From contig JAVLBA010000002.1 of NCBI GenBank assembly GCA_031581485.1, positions 4,226 through 68,225 on the forward strand: a stretch of DNA of 64,000 nt, given 5' to 3'. The stretch comes from Desulfurivibrionaceae bacterium (GTDB lineage: Bacteria > Desulfobacterota > Desulfobulbia > Desulfobulbales > SURF-16). How positions within the stretch are numbered: position 1 is the first letter of the stretch; every line of letters starts with the position of its first letter. Positions 19,247 through 28,341 of this stretch are shown one piece after another. A model generated the notes under the pieces. It did not search any database. It had not been told where the DNA came from and was given only the letters and a program-made list of their open reading frames with translations. The position numbers and the translations under genes were made by a program.

Positions 19247-20125
19247 ATGAATCAGGCAGACACATTGGAAAAGATCATGACTCGTACCTCGGCAGCGCCC
19301 TATGGATCAGACCGTCAAGGCACCCCGCCGCGGGTCCTGGCCATCACCAGCGGCAAAGGCGGGGTAGGCAAGACCAACATCGTCACCAACCTGGCCTATT
19401 CCCTGGCCCGCAAAGGCAAAAAGGTGCTGGTCCTTGATGCCGACCTCAACCTGGCCAATGTCGATGTCCTCCTCGGCCTGACCCCCAAATTCAACCTCCA
19501 CCATGTCCTGCTGGGCGAGAAAAGGCTGCGGGATATCCTGGTCACTGCCCCGGGTGGTTTTCAGATCCTGCCGGCCAGTTCCGGGATCATGGAGCTGGCC
19601 GAGCTCAGCGAAGAACAGAAACTCTTTTTTCTCTCGGAAATAAGCGCCCTGGGCAACAGCATCGATATCATGCTCATTGATACGGCCGCCGGCATCAATA
19701 ATAATGTGATCTATTTCACCCTGGCGGCCCAGGAGAAGATAATTGTCCTCACTCCGGAACCCACCTCCCTCACCGATGCCTACGCCATGATCAAGGTCCT
19801 TTCCAGCCTGCATGACGTCAAGCGTTTCCGGATTCTGATCAATTCGGCCCATACCGAGAAAGAAGCCCTGGCCGTTTTCCGTCAGCTCACCCTGGTGGCG
19901 GACCGCTTTCTGGGCTCCTTGTCCCTGGATTACCTCGGCTTTATCCCCTATGACATCAAACTGCCCCAATCAGTACGGGCCCAGCGCCTGGTGGTGGAAC
20001 TGTCGCCGCGCTCCACGGTGAGCGGCAAATTTTTCCAGTTGGCAGACCACCTGATCCAGGAAAAACCAGATACCCAGACGGATGGCAATATTAAGTTTTT
20101 CTGGAAAGACCTTTTTAAATTATAA
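19247..20125 (+). CDS. flhG: MinD/ParA-type ATPase FlhG (FleN/YlxH), flagellar number regulator
   Basis: Deviant Walker A SGKGGVGKT. An N-terminal NQADTLEKI resembles the FlhF-activating DQAxxLR peptide. Confidence 0.85.
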   Translation: MNQADTLEKIMTRTSAAPYGSDRQGTPPRVLAITSGKGGVGKTNIVTNLAYSLARKGKKVLVLDADLNLANVDVLLGLTPKFNLHHVLLGEKRLRDILVTAPGGFQILPASSGIMELAELSEEQKLFFLSEISALGNSIDIMLIDTAAGINNNVIYFTLAAQEKIIVLTPEPTSLTDAYAMIKVLSSLHDVKRFRILINSAHTEKEALAVFRQLTLVADRFLGSLSLDYLGFIPYDIKLPQSVRAQRLVVELSPRSTVSGKFFQLADHLIQEKPDTQTDGNIKFFWKDLFKL

Positions 20126-20141
20126 AATTTTTGGGGATACC

Positions 20142-20984
20142 ATGTATAATCCTCCCTGTCCCAGAGCCGGAAACGCCAGTGCCTCTAACAAAAAATCCAT
20201 GAACAAATTTCAGACCTCCAAATTCAAGGATTACACCAATGCCTATTTCCAGGCCGGCACCGCACCGGACGCGGAAAAACGCGATCAGTTGATTCTGGCC
20301 TACACCCCCCTGATCCACTATATTGCCAGCCGCCTTGCCTCCCGCCTGCCGGCCAAGATTGCCCTTGACGATCTGCTTTCCAGTGGCATCATCGGCCTCA
20401 TTGACGCCATTGACAAGTTTGACCTCAACAAGAATGTCCAATTCAAGACCTATGCGGAATTCCGTATCCGCGGCGCCATGCTTGACGAATTACGCTCCCT
20501 GGACTGGGTGCCCCGTTCGGTGCGGCGCAAGACCACCGACCTGGAGCGCACTTACAGCACACTGGAAAAGAGGCTGGGCCGGCCGGCCACGGATGAAGAG
20601 ACCGCCGCGGAGATGGCCATCTCTCTGGAGGAGTATCACAAGCTCCTGGATGAAACCAAGGCGATCTCCTTCATGGATATTGAGCATCTGCGGCAAAACA
20701 GGCCGGAGCAGAGCCACAGAGGCAACGGGATGGCCTCCCTCGCCCTGGACAGCAATGACCCCTTTGCCGCCATCAACCTCAAACAGATCCGTGACCTGCT
20801 GGCCACTTCCATAGACACCCTGCCAGAAAAAGAACGTTTGACAGTATCCCTCTATTATTTTAACGAATTAACCATGAAAGAAATCGGCAAGGTCTTAAAC
20901 TATACCGAGTCACGTATTTCACAGATGCACTCCAAGGCCATGCTGCGGCTGCGCACCAAGATGAAAAAGGCCTTGGCCAGCTGA
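20142..20984 (+). CDS. fliA: Flagellar sigma factor FliA (sigma-28)
   Basis: Sigma-70 regions 2-4 are present, with the region 4.2 HTH LTMKEIGKVLNYTESRISQMHSKAMLRLR. The start is ambiguous between ATG 20142 and ATG 20202. Confidence 0.85.
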   Translation: MYNPPCPRAGNASASNKKSMNKFQTSKFKDYTNAYFQAGTAPDAEKRDQLILAYTPLIHYIASRLASRLPAKIALDDLLSSGIIGLIDAIDKFDLNKNVQFKTYAEFRIRGAMLDELRSLDWVPRSVRRKTTDLERTYSTLEKRLGRPATDEETAAEMAISLEEYHKLLDETKAISFMDIEHLRQNRPEQSHRGNGMASLALDSNDPFAAINLKQIRDLLATSIDTLPEKERLTVSLYYFNELTMKEIGKVLNYTESRISQMHSKAMLRLRTKMKKALAS

Positions 20985-21170
20985 AGACAAAGCCGCTTCC
21001 CCTGCAAATAAGTACTTTCCTTTGCCATCTTTTCCGCTTAAAATGGCAAAAATTCGCAAAGAATATTCGCCTATCCGACTATTCTGACATCAAGGCCTCC
21101 GGGTTGAAACATAAAGCACTTCTTGAAAAACGGACTCCGCAAGAGGGCTCACACGTATTGAGGAAAAACC

Positions 21171-21551
21171 ATGCCGGCTGATAAGACCATGAAAGTCCTG
21201 GTTGTTGATGATTTTGCCACCATGCGGCGCATTGTCAAAAACATCCTCACCCAATTGGGATATAAGAACATCATTGAGGCCGATGATGGCGCCAGTGCCG
21301 TTGAAATGCTCAAAAATGAAAAGGTGGGCATGATCATTTCCGACTGGAACATGCCCAAGATGACGGGTCTGGAACTGCTTAAACATGTGCGGGCCGACGC
21401 CGCATTGGCCGCCACCCCCTTCATCATGGTAACGGCGGAGGCCCAGCAGGATAATATTATTCTTGCGGTAAAGGCCAAGGTAAGCCAGTACATCGTCAAG
21501 CCCTTTACAGCGGAAACCCTTGGTGAAAAAATTGATAAGGTATTCAGCTAA
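21171..21551 (+). CDS. cheY: Chemotaxis response regulator CheY
   Basis: MKVLVVDDFATMRRIVKNIL...ISDWNMPKMTGLELL...PFIMVTAEA....KPFT is a canonical CheY pattern. A GAGGA RBS is present. Confidence 0.85.
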   Translation: MPADKTMKVLVVDDFATMRRIVKNILTQLGYKNIIEADDGASAVEMLKNEKVGMIISDWNMPKMTGLELLKHVRADAALAATPFIMVTAEAQQDNIILAVKAKVSQYIVKPFTAETLGEKIDKVFS

Positions 21552-21554
21552 CCA

Positions 21555-22475
21555 GTGCCCCCCTCCATGACCCCTTCTCCAGAGAACCCTTCCCCACAGG
21601 CCCCCTTAACCGACCTTGACAATGACCTGGGCGATGATTGGGAATCCGCCTTTCAGGCTGAAGAGTTCATGATCTCCCCCGAGGATGAACCCTCGGATTT
21701 CTTCCTCCTTGACGAAAACGAACCTGACAGCAACGAAGACATTGCCGACCTCTTCAGCGAGCCAGAGGATGGCAACAAAGAAAAAAGCAGTGCAGCCGCC
21801 CAGCCGGCAGCGGCGGACAGCGACGGGGAAGGCCGCCCTGTCCGGGCATTCCCCAATGGCCTGCAGATCCTGGCAGCCTCCCTGCTCCAGCTGGTGCAGG
21901 GCCGCCCCCGGCAACGGCTGGTGATCACTACCCTGGCCGGGGCCATTACCCTCCTGGTGGCCGCCACCTTATTCTTTCGAGCAACCGATGGCCAGAACAT
22001 GGCCAGCGCCCCACTTCCTGTTACCGCCACCTCTCTCCCTCAGAAAAGCAGCAGCATGGAACCTCCTGCGCCCCAGCAGAGCCCCAAGGGGGCCCCACCA
22101 TCAGAGCCGGCCGTGATGCCGGAAACAGTGCAACAGCAATGGCAACTCCCCACCTTTGTCATTGTGGCCGGTGATGACAGCAAGGTCGAGATCATTGTCA
22201 ACATCGATCTTATTCTCACCGCCAACCTTGCCAAGGGCCAGACCCTTCCCGACGACAAACAGATATTTACGCGCGATATTATTTATCAATTTTACGCCAA
22301 CCGGCCCGCCTATGAACTCAAACGGTACGCCCTGGCCCGCGGCGACATGATCAGCCAGCTCCAGGCCTGGCTCAACAGGCAGTGGCAAAACAACCCCTTT
22401 GAGACCATTATCTTTTCCCGCTATGAAGTCATCCAGACTTCCCCCCCTCTCAATCAAAAAGTTACATTCATGTAA
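21555..22475 (+). CDS. Membrane protein with acidic N-terminal region, one TM, and a C-terminal FliL-like domain
   Basis: The ORF starts 3 nt after the cheY stop (GTG 21555, or ATG 21567). The N-terminal ~115 aa are D/E/P-rich and include SNEDIADLF. The TM is LVITTLAGAITLLVAATLFF. The C-terminus (WQLPTFVIVAGDD..VEIIVNIDLIL...TRDIIYQFY....ETIIFSRYEVIQ) parallels the FliL at 10367. The functional call is inference. Confidence 0.55.
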   Translation: MPPSMTPSPENPSPQAPLTDLDNDLGDDWESAFQAEEFMISPEDEPSDFFLLDENEPDSNEDIADLFSEPEDGNKEKSSAAAQPAAADSDGEGRPVRAFPNGLQILAASLLQLVQGRPRQRLVITTLAGAITLLVAATLFFRATDGQNMASAPLPVTATSLPQKSSSMEPPAPQQSPKGAPPSEPAVMPETVQQQWQLPTFVIVAGDDSKVEIIVNIDLILTANLAKGQTLPDDKQIFTRDIIYQFYANRPAYELKRYALARGDMISQLQAWLNRQWQNNPFETIIFSRYEVIQTSPPLNQKVTFM

Positions 22476-22546
22476 CAAAAATGCTCCCCTGTGCCATTAT
22501 TGTCATAATAGAGCCCAAGGTCCCCTTCAGCCAGTTTCGCCAAAAC

Positions 22547-22577
22547 AACGCCAAACCAGGGCGTTATCTTTGTTTTG
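22547..22577 (+). terminator. Weak intrinsic terminator after the FliL-like gene
   Basis: AACGCC-aaaccag-GGCGTT hairpin followed by the T-rich atctttgtttt. Confidence 0.35.
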
Positions 22578-22582
22578 TCCTG

Positions 22583-22598
22583 TGGCACCTTTCTTGCT
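22583..22598 (+). promoter_or_regulatory. Sigma-54 -24/-12 promoter upstream of glnD
   Basis: TGGCAC-CTTTC-TTGCT, an exact match to TGGCAC-N5-TTGCW, about 100 nt upstream of the glnD ATG. Confidence 0.6.
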
Positions 22599-22698
22599 TT
22601 CTTCAATATAAGAAACAGAAAAAGTTTTCTAGAGGAATTAAAGGATACCGGCAATAAAGAATGGCCTCCTCCTTTCCCACTGATCCACCAGACAGATA

Positions 22699-25230
22699 AT
22701 GAATTCGAAACTACGTGCAAAACGAGAGGCCCTGGAGGCCTTATGGCAGAAAGGGGTAAGCGGCCAGGCCCTTCTTGCTGAACATACCAAGCTCATCGAC
22801 GACTTTCTGGGCCAGATATTTGCCGAGCACCAGGGGGAGACCGACAACATGGCCCTGGTGGCCCTGGGCGGTTATGGGCGCCAGGAACTCTTCCCTTTCT
22901 CCGATATCGACCTGCTGCTGCTCCACCGAAACGAGACCCAGGATCACCTCACCCAGGTGGCTGAGGCGGTTTTTTATCCGCTCTGGGATGCCGGCCTTGA
23001 GGTGGGGCACGGAGTGCGCACCGTGGATATCTGCCTGGAGGACGCCAGGAACGACTTCTACTTTCAGGTCTCCCTTCTTGATGCCCGGCTGGTGGCCGGC
23101 TCTGCGCCCCTCTTTGCTGATCTGCTGGCCAGATTCAACCGCCTCTTTGTCCACGGCCAGCGCAAAGAATTTCTGGAGACCATGCTCAGCCACTGCCGAC
23201 TGCGGCACCAGCGATTCGGCAACCACACCTATCTCTTGGAGCCCCACATCAAAGAGAGCCGGGGCGGGTTCCGTGATGTCCAGGCCATGCTCTGGCTGGC
23301 CCAGGTGGTCTTTGGCCTCCACGACCTGAACGCCATGGAGAACTCGGCCCTGCTCAGCCGCGAAGACCGGCAAAAATTCGAAGAGGCCATAAACGCCCTC
23401 ATCCGTATCCGTAACCGCCTTCATTACATCAGTGGCCGCAAAAACGACCAGCTCTTCTTCGAGCACCAGGAAGAGATGGCCGATGCCTTTGGTTACCAAA
23501 ACACCAAGGCCATGCTCGGGGTTGAGCTCTTCATGCGGGAGGTGCATAACCATCTGCAGTCCATCGCCGTGATCACCGACCTCTTTTTCGAGCATGTCCG
23601 GGATGTGGTGGGCCTCAGCCGTGCCACCGTGCAAGACCGGCGCCTGGAACCGGGGATTGCCGTGCGTCAGGGACGCATCCAGATCATTGCGCCTGACCTT
23701 ATCCAGCAGCGGCCCCACCTGCTGATGCGGGTCTTTGCCCACTCCAGCGCCACCGGAGTTGCCATCCATCACAACACCAAGACCCTGATCAGCCAAAACG
23801 TGGAGATGATCAATGCCAAGGCCTGTAAGTCCAAACGGCTAGCCAAGGCCTTTCTCGCCATTCTCATGGCCCCCAAGGCTCAGGATGTCCTCAGCGATAT
23901 GCTGGAGACAGGCCTGCTCTCCGCCTATATTCCGGAGTTCGAACATCTGGAGTCCCTGGCCCAGCATGACGTCTATCATGTCTACACAGTGGACCGCCAC
24001 CTCCTGCAATGCGTTCAGGAACTCAGCCTCCTGAAGAGGGAGAAGGCCGCGCTCTTCCAGACCCTGGCCGGGCCCGCTCTTCTTTTTCTGGCCGGCCTTC
24101 TGCATGACATCGGCAAGGGCACCAACCATGACCATGCCGAATATGGCGCTGAGCTGGTTGTCCTTATCGGCAGGCGCCTCCATCTTCAGGAGGAGGAGAT
24201 CAACACCCTCTCCTTCCTGGTCCGCAATCATCTCTACCTCTCCCGGATTGCCCTGCGCCGCGACATTGACGATGAAGACCTCATCCTGGAGTGCTCCGCC
24301 CATATTGAGGATCCGGAGCGGCTGGCCATGCTCTACCTCCTCACCATTGCCGATGCCCGGGCCACCGGCCCCACCATGTTCACGGAATGGAAGGCCGCCC
24401 TCTACCTGGAGCTGTATCTGAAGATCGCCCATATCCTTGATCAAGGCGAGCGCCCGGCACCGGACCGCCGACAGGCGGCGAGCTGGCGGCGGGAACAACT
24501 CACCCCCCTTGCCAAAGAAATCGCCCTTGGATTTGATCTCGATATCCTCTCCACGGATTATCTTCTCTCCTTTACCATTGAGGAGGTTGCCATGCACATC
24601 AAGCATCATGGCAGCGGCAGCCTTGACAAGGACCAGACCGTGGTGGAGGCCGCAGACCAAGGTGACCACTGGAGCATTCTGGTCATGTCCAAGGACAGAG
24701 CAGGTCTCTTAAACCGCCTCTGCGGCGTCTTGGCCCTCCATAACATCAAGGTACTGGCTGCCAAGATTTTCACCTGGGCAGACGGGACCGCCGTGGATGT
24801 CCTCCAGGCCACCTCAGCACTGCGCAATGCCTTTGCCGACCAGAACTGGCAGGCCTTTCAGAAAGATCTTGACCTGGCCCTCCATTACCGGCTCGGCCTG
24901 GCCCACCGGCTGAGCCGAAAAGGAGTGCCCCTGGGCCGGGGGACCAGGCCGAAGAAGGGAAAAAAGGGGTCAACCAGGGTGACCATTGAGCCGGATGGCA
25001 CAGCCGACTACAGCATCATTGAGGTTTTTGCCGAGGAGAAGCCCAGCCTGCTTTACAATATCACCCGCACCCTGGCAGATTTCGGCATTGCAACCTATCG
25101 GGCCCAGATCGGCAGTCAGGCGGATCAGGCCGTTGATGTCTTTTATGTGCTGGATCATGAAGGGGCGAAAATAAAGGATCCCTTTTTCCTCAAGGAAATT
25201 CGCAGGAGCCTGGTCCATGCCGCCGATTAA
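22699..25230 (+). CDS. glnD: [Protein-PII] uridylyltransferase/uridylyl-removing enzyme GlnD
   Basis: Nucleotidyltransferase motif GGYGRQELFPFSDIDLL, HD domain (LLHDIGKG), and two C-terminal ACT-like repeats. 843 aa. Confidence 0.9.
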   Translation: MNSKLRAKREALEALWQKGVSGQALLAEHTKLIDDFLGQIFAEHQGETDNMALVALGGYGRQELFPFSDIDLLLLHRNETQDHLTQVAEAVFYPLWDAGLEVGHGVRTVDICLEDARNDFYFQVSLLDARLVAGSAPLFADLLARFNRLFVHGQRKEFLETMLSHCRLRHQRFGNHTYLLEPHIKESRGGFRDVQAMLWLAQVVFGLHDLNAMENSALLSREDRQKFEEAINALIRIRNRLHYISGRKNDQLFFEHQEEMADAFGYQNTKAMLGVELFMREVHNHLQSIAVITDLFFEHVRDVVGLSRATVQDRRLEPGIAVRQGRIQIIAPDLIQQRPHLLMRVFAHSSATGVAIHHNTKTLISQNVEMINAKACKSKRLAKAFLAILMAPKAQDVLSDMLETGLLSAYIPEFEHLESLAQHDVYHVYTVDRHLLQCVQELSLLKREKAALFQTLAGPALLFLAGLLHDIGKGTNHDHAEYGAELVVLIGRRLHLQEEEINTLSFLVRNHLYLSRIALRRDIDDEDLILECSAHIEDPERLAMLYLLTIADARATGPTMFTEWKAALYLELYLKIAHILDQGERPAPDRRQAASWRREQLTPLAKEIALGFDLDILSTDYLLSFTIEEVAMHIKHHGSGSLDKDQTVVEAADQGDHWSILVMSKDRAGLLNRLCGVLALHNIKVLAAKIFTWADGTAVDVLQATSALRNAFADQNWQAFQKDLDLALHYRLGLAHRLSRKGVPLGRGTRPKKGKKGSTRVTIEPDGTADYSIIEVFAEEKPSLLYNITRTLADFGIATYRAQIGSQADQAVDVFYVLDHEGAKIKDPFFLKEIRRSLVHAAD

Positions 25231-25423
25231 AAAGCCCTGACACCCCAGAAAAATGTATTTTTTTTACAAGAGGATAGTTTACAAAAAACATACTGACCGC
25301 AGGGGCAAAATGGTAAGATCCTGCCTGAATGTTTAAAAAAGACAAAATAGTGTGCTGACACAGGCAGCATATGTCTATAATAACTACTTCTGCCACCTCA
25401 ACTCTTTACTTGGAGAAACGATC

Positions 25424-26752
25424 ATGACAAAAGACGACATCTTGAAAATTGTCGAAAAAGAGAAAATCAACTTCTTCCGCATGCAGTTCATTGATGTGAA
25501 CGGTTTCCAGAAGAACGTCGCCATCCCCCGCAGCCAGCTGGAAAAGGCCCTGGATGGCAAGATCATGTTTGACGGCTCTTCCATTGACGGCTTTGCCCGC
25601 ATCGACGAATCCGACATGTTCCTCAAACCTGACTTTGACACCTTTGTCATCCTGCCCTGGCGGAACAAGGAAGGCATTGCCGCTGCCCGGTTGATCTGCG
25701 ATGTCCACCTGCCTGACGGCACGCCCTATGAAGGTTGCCCCCGTGTTGCCCTGAAAAAGAGTCTGGCCGCTGCCAAAGAGATGGGCTACGTCATGAACAT
25801 CGGCACCGAAGCGGAGTTCTTCCTCTTTGAACGAGATGAAAACGGCAACTCAACCACCATCACCAATGATACGGCCGGCTACTTTGCCCTGGACCCGGAA
25901 GATCTCGGCAATGACTGTCGTCGTGAAATCATTGAAGTCCTGGAGGCAATGGACTTCGAGATTGAGGCCTCGCACCATGAGGTGGCTGAAGGTCAGCATG
26001 AGGTCAACTTCAAGTATTCCGACGCCCTCACCGCCTGCGACAACACCGTGACCTTCAAGTGGGTTGTGAAGGCCATTGCCAAAAAATATAATCTGCATGC
26101 CACCTTTATGCCCAAGCCCATCTTCGGCATCAACGGTTCCGGAATGCACACCAACCAGTCCCTCTTTCACCTGGACGGCAGCAATGCCTTCGAGGATACC
26201 CAAGACCCCAAGGGGCTGAGCCCCGTCGCCTATAAGTATATCGCCGGCATCATTAAAAATGCCCGGGGCTTTGCCGCTGTCACCAACCCGCTGGTCAACT
26301 CCTACAAGCGTCTGGTGCCGGGCTATGAGGCCCCTGTTTATGTGGCCTGGTCCGCCTCCAACCGTTCCGCCCTGGTTCGTATTCCGGCCAGCCGCGGCCT
26401 GGGCACCCGTGTTGAGGTCCGCTGTCCGGATCCCACCTGCAACCCCTACCTGGCGGTGGCCATGATGCTCAACTCCGGCTTGGACGGTCTCAGGAACGAC
26501 CTGCCCATGCCAAAATCGGTTGACGTCAACATCTTTGCCATGACCCAGGAAGAAAAAGACCTGGCCGGCATTGCCAGCCTGCCGGGCACCCTTACCGAGG
26601 CCCTTGATGAGTTTGAGGCCAACCCCATTGCCAAAGAGACCCTGGGCAACCATATTTTCACGAAATACCTGGAAGGCAAGCGCAAGGAATGGGATAATTA
26701 TCGGATGTCCGTTACCTGCTGGGAGATCGACAACTACCTTGATCTCTACTAA
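25424..26752 (+). CDS. glnA: Glutamine synthetase, type I
   Basis: FFRMQFIDVNG..K...IP...L......FDGSSI.GF beta-grasp, then the catalytic domain through ...KRKEWDNYR. A GGAGA RBS precedes the ATG at 25424. Confidence 0.95.
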   Translation: MTKDDILKIVEKEKINFFRMQFIDVNGFQKNVAIPRSQLEKALDGKIMFDGSSIDGFARIDESDMFLKPDFDTFVILPWRNKEGIAAARLICDVHLPDGTPYEGCPRVALKKSLAAAKEMGYVMNIGTEAEFFLFERDENGNSTTITNDTAGYFALDPEDLGNDCRREIIEVLEAMDFEIEASHHEVAEGQHEVNFKYSDALTACDNTVTFKWVVKAIAKKYNLHATFMPKPIFGINGSGMHTNQSLFHLDGSNAFEDTQDPKGLSPVAYKYIAGIIKNARGFAAVTNPLVNSYKRLVPGYEAPVYVAWSASNRSALVRIPASRGLGTRVEVRCPDPTCNPYLAVAMMLNSGLDGLRNDLPMPKSVDVNIFAMTQEEKDLAGIASLPGTLTEALDEFEANPIAKETLGNHIFTKYLEGKRKEWDNYRMSVTCWEIDNYLDLY

Positions 26753-26790
26753 CAAGAACCCTTCCGTTGCCGTTATAACCAGCTAAAAAA

Positions 26791-26824
26791 GCCCGGGGCC
26801 TCTTTGAGGCCCCGGGCTTTTTTT
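26791..26824 (+). terminator. Rho-independent terminator after glnA
   Basis: GCCCGGGGCCTC-ttt-GAGGCCCCGGGC (12-bp perfect stem) followed by T7. An A-run precedes it, so it may act bidirectionally. Confidence 0.85.
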
Positions 26825-26850
26825 ATCAAGATCAGCAGGCAATCATCCCC

Positions 26851-27690
26851 ATGCTCCCCCATACCTTTCTCCACATCTCAGGCATTGGCAAAAAAACAGA
26901 GGCAGAGATCTGGCAGGCCGGCATACTCGAGTGGCAGGCCTTCACGGCCCCGGCCACAGCGGCCCTGCGCCCGGCTACCTGCCGCCTGGTGGAAAACCAT
27001 CTGGCCAGGCAACCCCCTGGCGCCCTGGCCACCCCCTCCTATTTTCACCACCTGCTGCCGGCCAGCCAGCACTGGCGCCTCTTCCCCCATTTCCGGGACA
27101 AGACCGCCTTCATCGATATCGAGACCACCGGCATCAACAGAGAACAATGCGCCATCACCACCATTGCCCTCTATGACGGCCATGAGATATTCACCTTTGT
27201 CCAGGGCGACAACCTCGACCGTTTTCCAGAACTGCTTGCCAGGTACGAGGTGATTGTCACCTATAGCGGCAAAGGCTTTGATGTCCCGATCCTGGAACGT
27301 TATTTCCGGATGAAGATTTCCCAGGCCCACCTGGACCTGCGCCCCATTCTCGCCGCCATCGGCTGCAAAGGCGGCCTCAAGGGTTGCGAACGCCAGCTCG
27401 GCATTGAGCGCGCTGACCTGCAGGGGGTAAGCGGCCGTGACGCCGTTCTTCTCTGGCATGCGTACAGGCGCAGCGGCCAGCTGAAATTTCTCCACACCCT
27501 CCTGGCCTACAATATCGCCGACACCATCAACCTGGAAGCCCTGATGGTGATCGCCTATAATGAGCATATTAGGGCCACACCCTTGCGGCAGCACAACGCC
27601 CTCGCCATGCCGGAGCAGCCCCCCAGCCCTTTCCAGGCAGATCGTGCCCTGATCAACCGTCTCCATAGGGGCGGGATTTTCTACAGATAA
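26851..27690 (+). CDS. RNase H-like (YprB/COG3359-type) predicted 3'-5' exonuclease with N-terminal helix-hairpin-helix
   Basis: ISGIGKKTEAEIWQAGI (HhH-like); FIDIETTG (the DEDD-type first acidic motif); VTYSGKGFDVPILE. The family assignment is from recall. Confidence 0.65.
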   Translation: MLPHTFLHISGIGKKTEAEIWQAGILEWQAFTAPATAALRPATCRLVENHLARQPPGALATPSYFHHLLPASQHWRLFPHFRDKTAFIDIETTGINREQCAITTIALYDGHEIFTFVQGDNLDRFPELLARYEVIVTYSGKGFDVPILERYFRMKISQAHLDLRPILAAIGCKGGLKGCERQLGIERADLQGVSGRDAVLLWHAYRRSGQLKFLHTLLAYNIADTINLEALMVIAYNEHIRATPLRQHNALAMPEQPPSPFQADRALINRLHRGGIFYR

Positions 27691-28169
27691 ACAAAAAGGG
27701 CGCCGCTTCTGCTCTTCACCTTCCTCTCCCACCGGAAGGCGGCAATAGCCCCCTCCTTCCTCAGAAGGGCGAGCTGCAATTCGATGAGATCGGGCAACAC
27801 GGCCTTGCCCCCCGGCGAGTGAAGACCCTTGCCGGTAATAATCCGCACCTTTTTCACGCCCCGCCGCCCTGCCTCCTCAAGAAAGTGCTGGGTCTTCACC
27901 TCTGCCTCCAGCGCGGTACAGCCATGAAGATCCAGGGTCTCCTGGGGCGGCAGAAAGCGTGGCAGGCCGGCCTCTCTCTGTTTTCTTTCATCCTCCGCCC
28001 TTCTTGCCGCCTGCCGCTGCAGGGCTCCCTCATCAAAGGATTCTCCGTCAAAAAGATCGGAGAAGGCGGCAGGCTCCTGAGCCCCCTCACCAAAGGGATA
28101 CTGCTCGCCATGGAGCAGACGAATGCCGGTACCAGCCATTTTGCCGTCCTTATTTTTTCCTTTTGCCAT
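27681..28169 (-). CDS. Smr-domain protein
   Basis: LDLHGCTALEAEVKTQHFLEEAGRRGVKKVRIITGKGLHSPGGKAVL is the Smr domain pattern. Its 3' end overlaps the convergent exonuclease gene by 10 nt. Confidence 0.8.
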   Translation of the reverse strand: MAKGKNKDGKMAGTGIRLLHGEQYPFGEGAQEPAAFSDLFDGESFDEGALQRQAARRAEDERKQREAGLPRFLPPQETLDLHGCTALEAEVKTQHFLEEAGRRGVKKVRIITGKGLHSPGGKAVLPDLIELQLALLRKEGAIAAFRWERKVKSRSGALFVYL

Positions 28170-28341
28170 GTTCACCACTTCTTGGTTGACGCACTCGCTC
28201 CTCATCTTTTAGTCTCTTTGCCTATAATCATCATGGCTTAGCATAGGGCGTCGCATTTTTTTCAAGGGCTATCCCAGGCTGATCAGGGTCTCTCTATAAA
28301 AAGAGAGCAGGCAACCCAATCAACTTATTCCAGTGGACAAT

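Noticed and set aside
21037-21085. A possible sigma-28 (FliA) promoter upstream of cheY (TAAA...CCGACTAT region).
   Set aside because: No combination of a TAAA -35 element, a 15-nt spacer and a GCCGATAA-like -10 element aligns. The best -10 match is only 5 of 8 with wrong spacing.
25311-25325. A sigma-54-like TGGTAA-GATC-CTGCC upstream of glnA.
   Set aside because: The GG-to-GC spacing is one nucleotide short of the consensus and both boxes are degenerate. It is not good enough to call.
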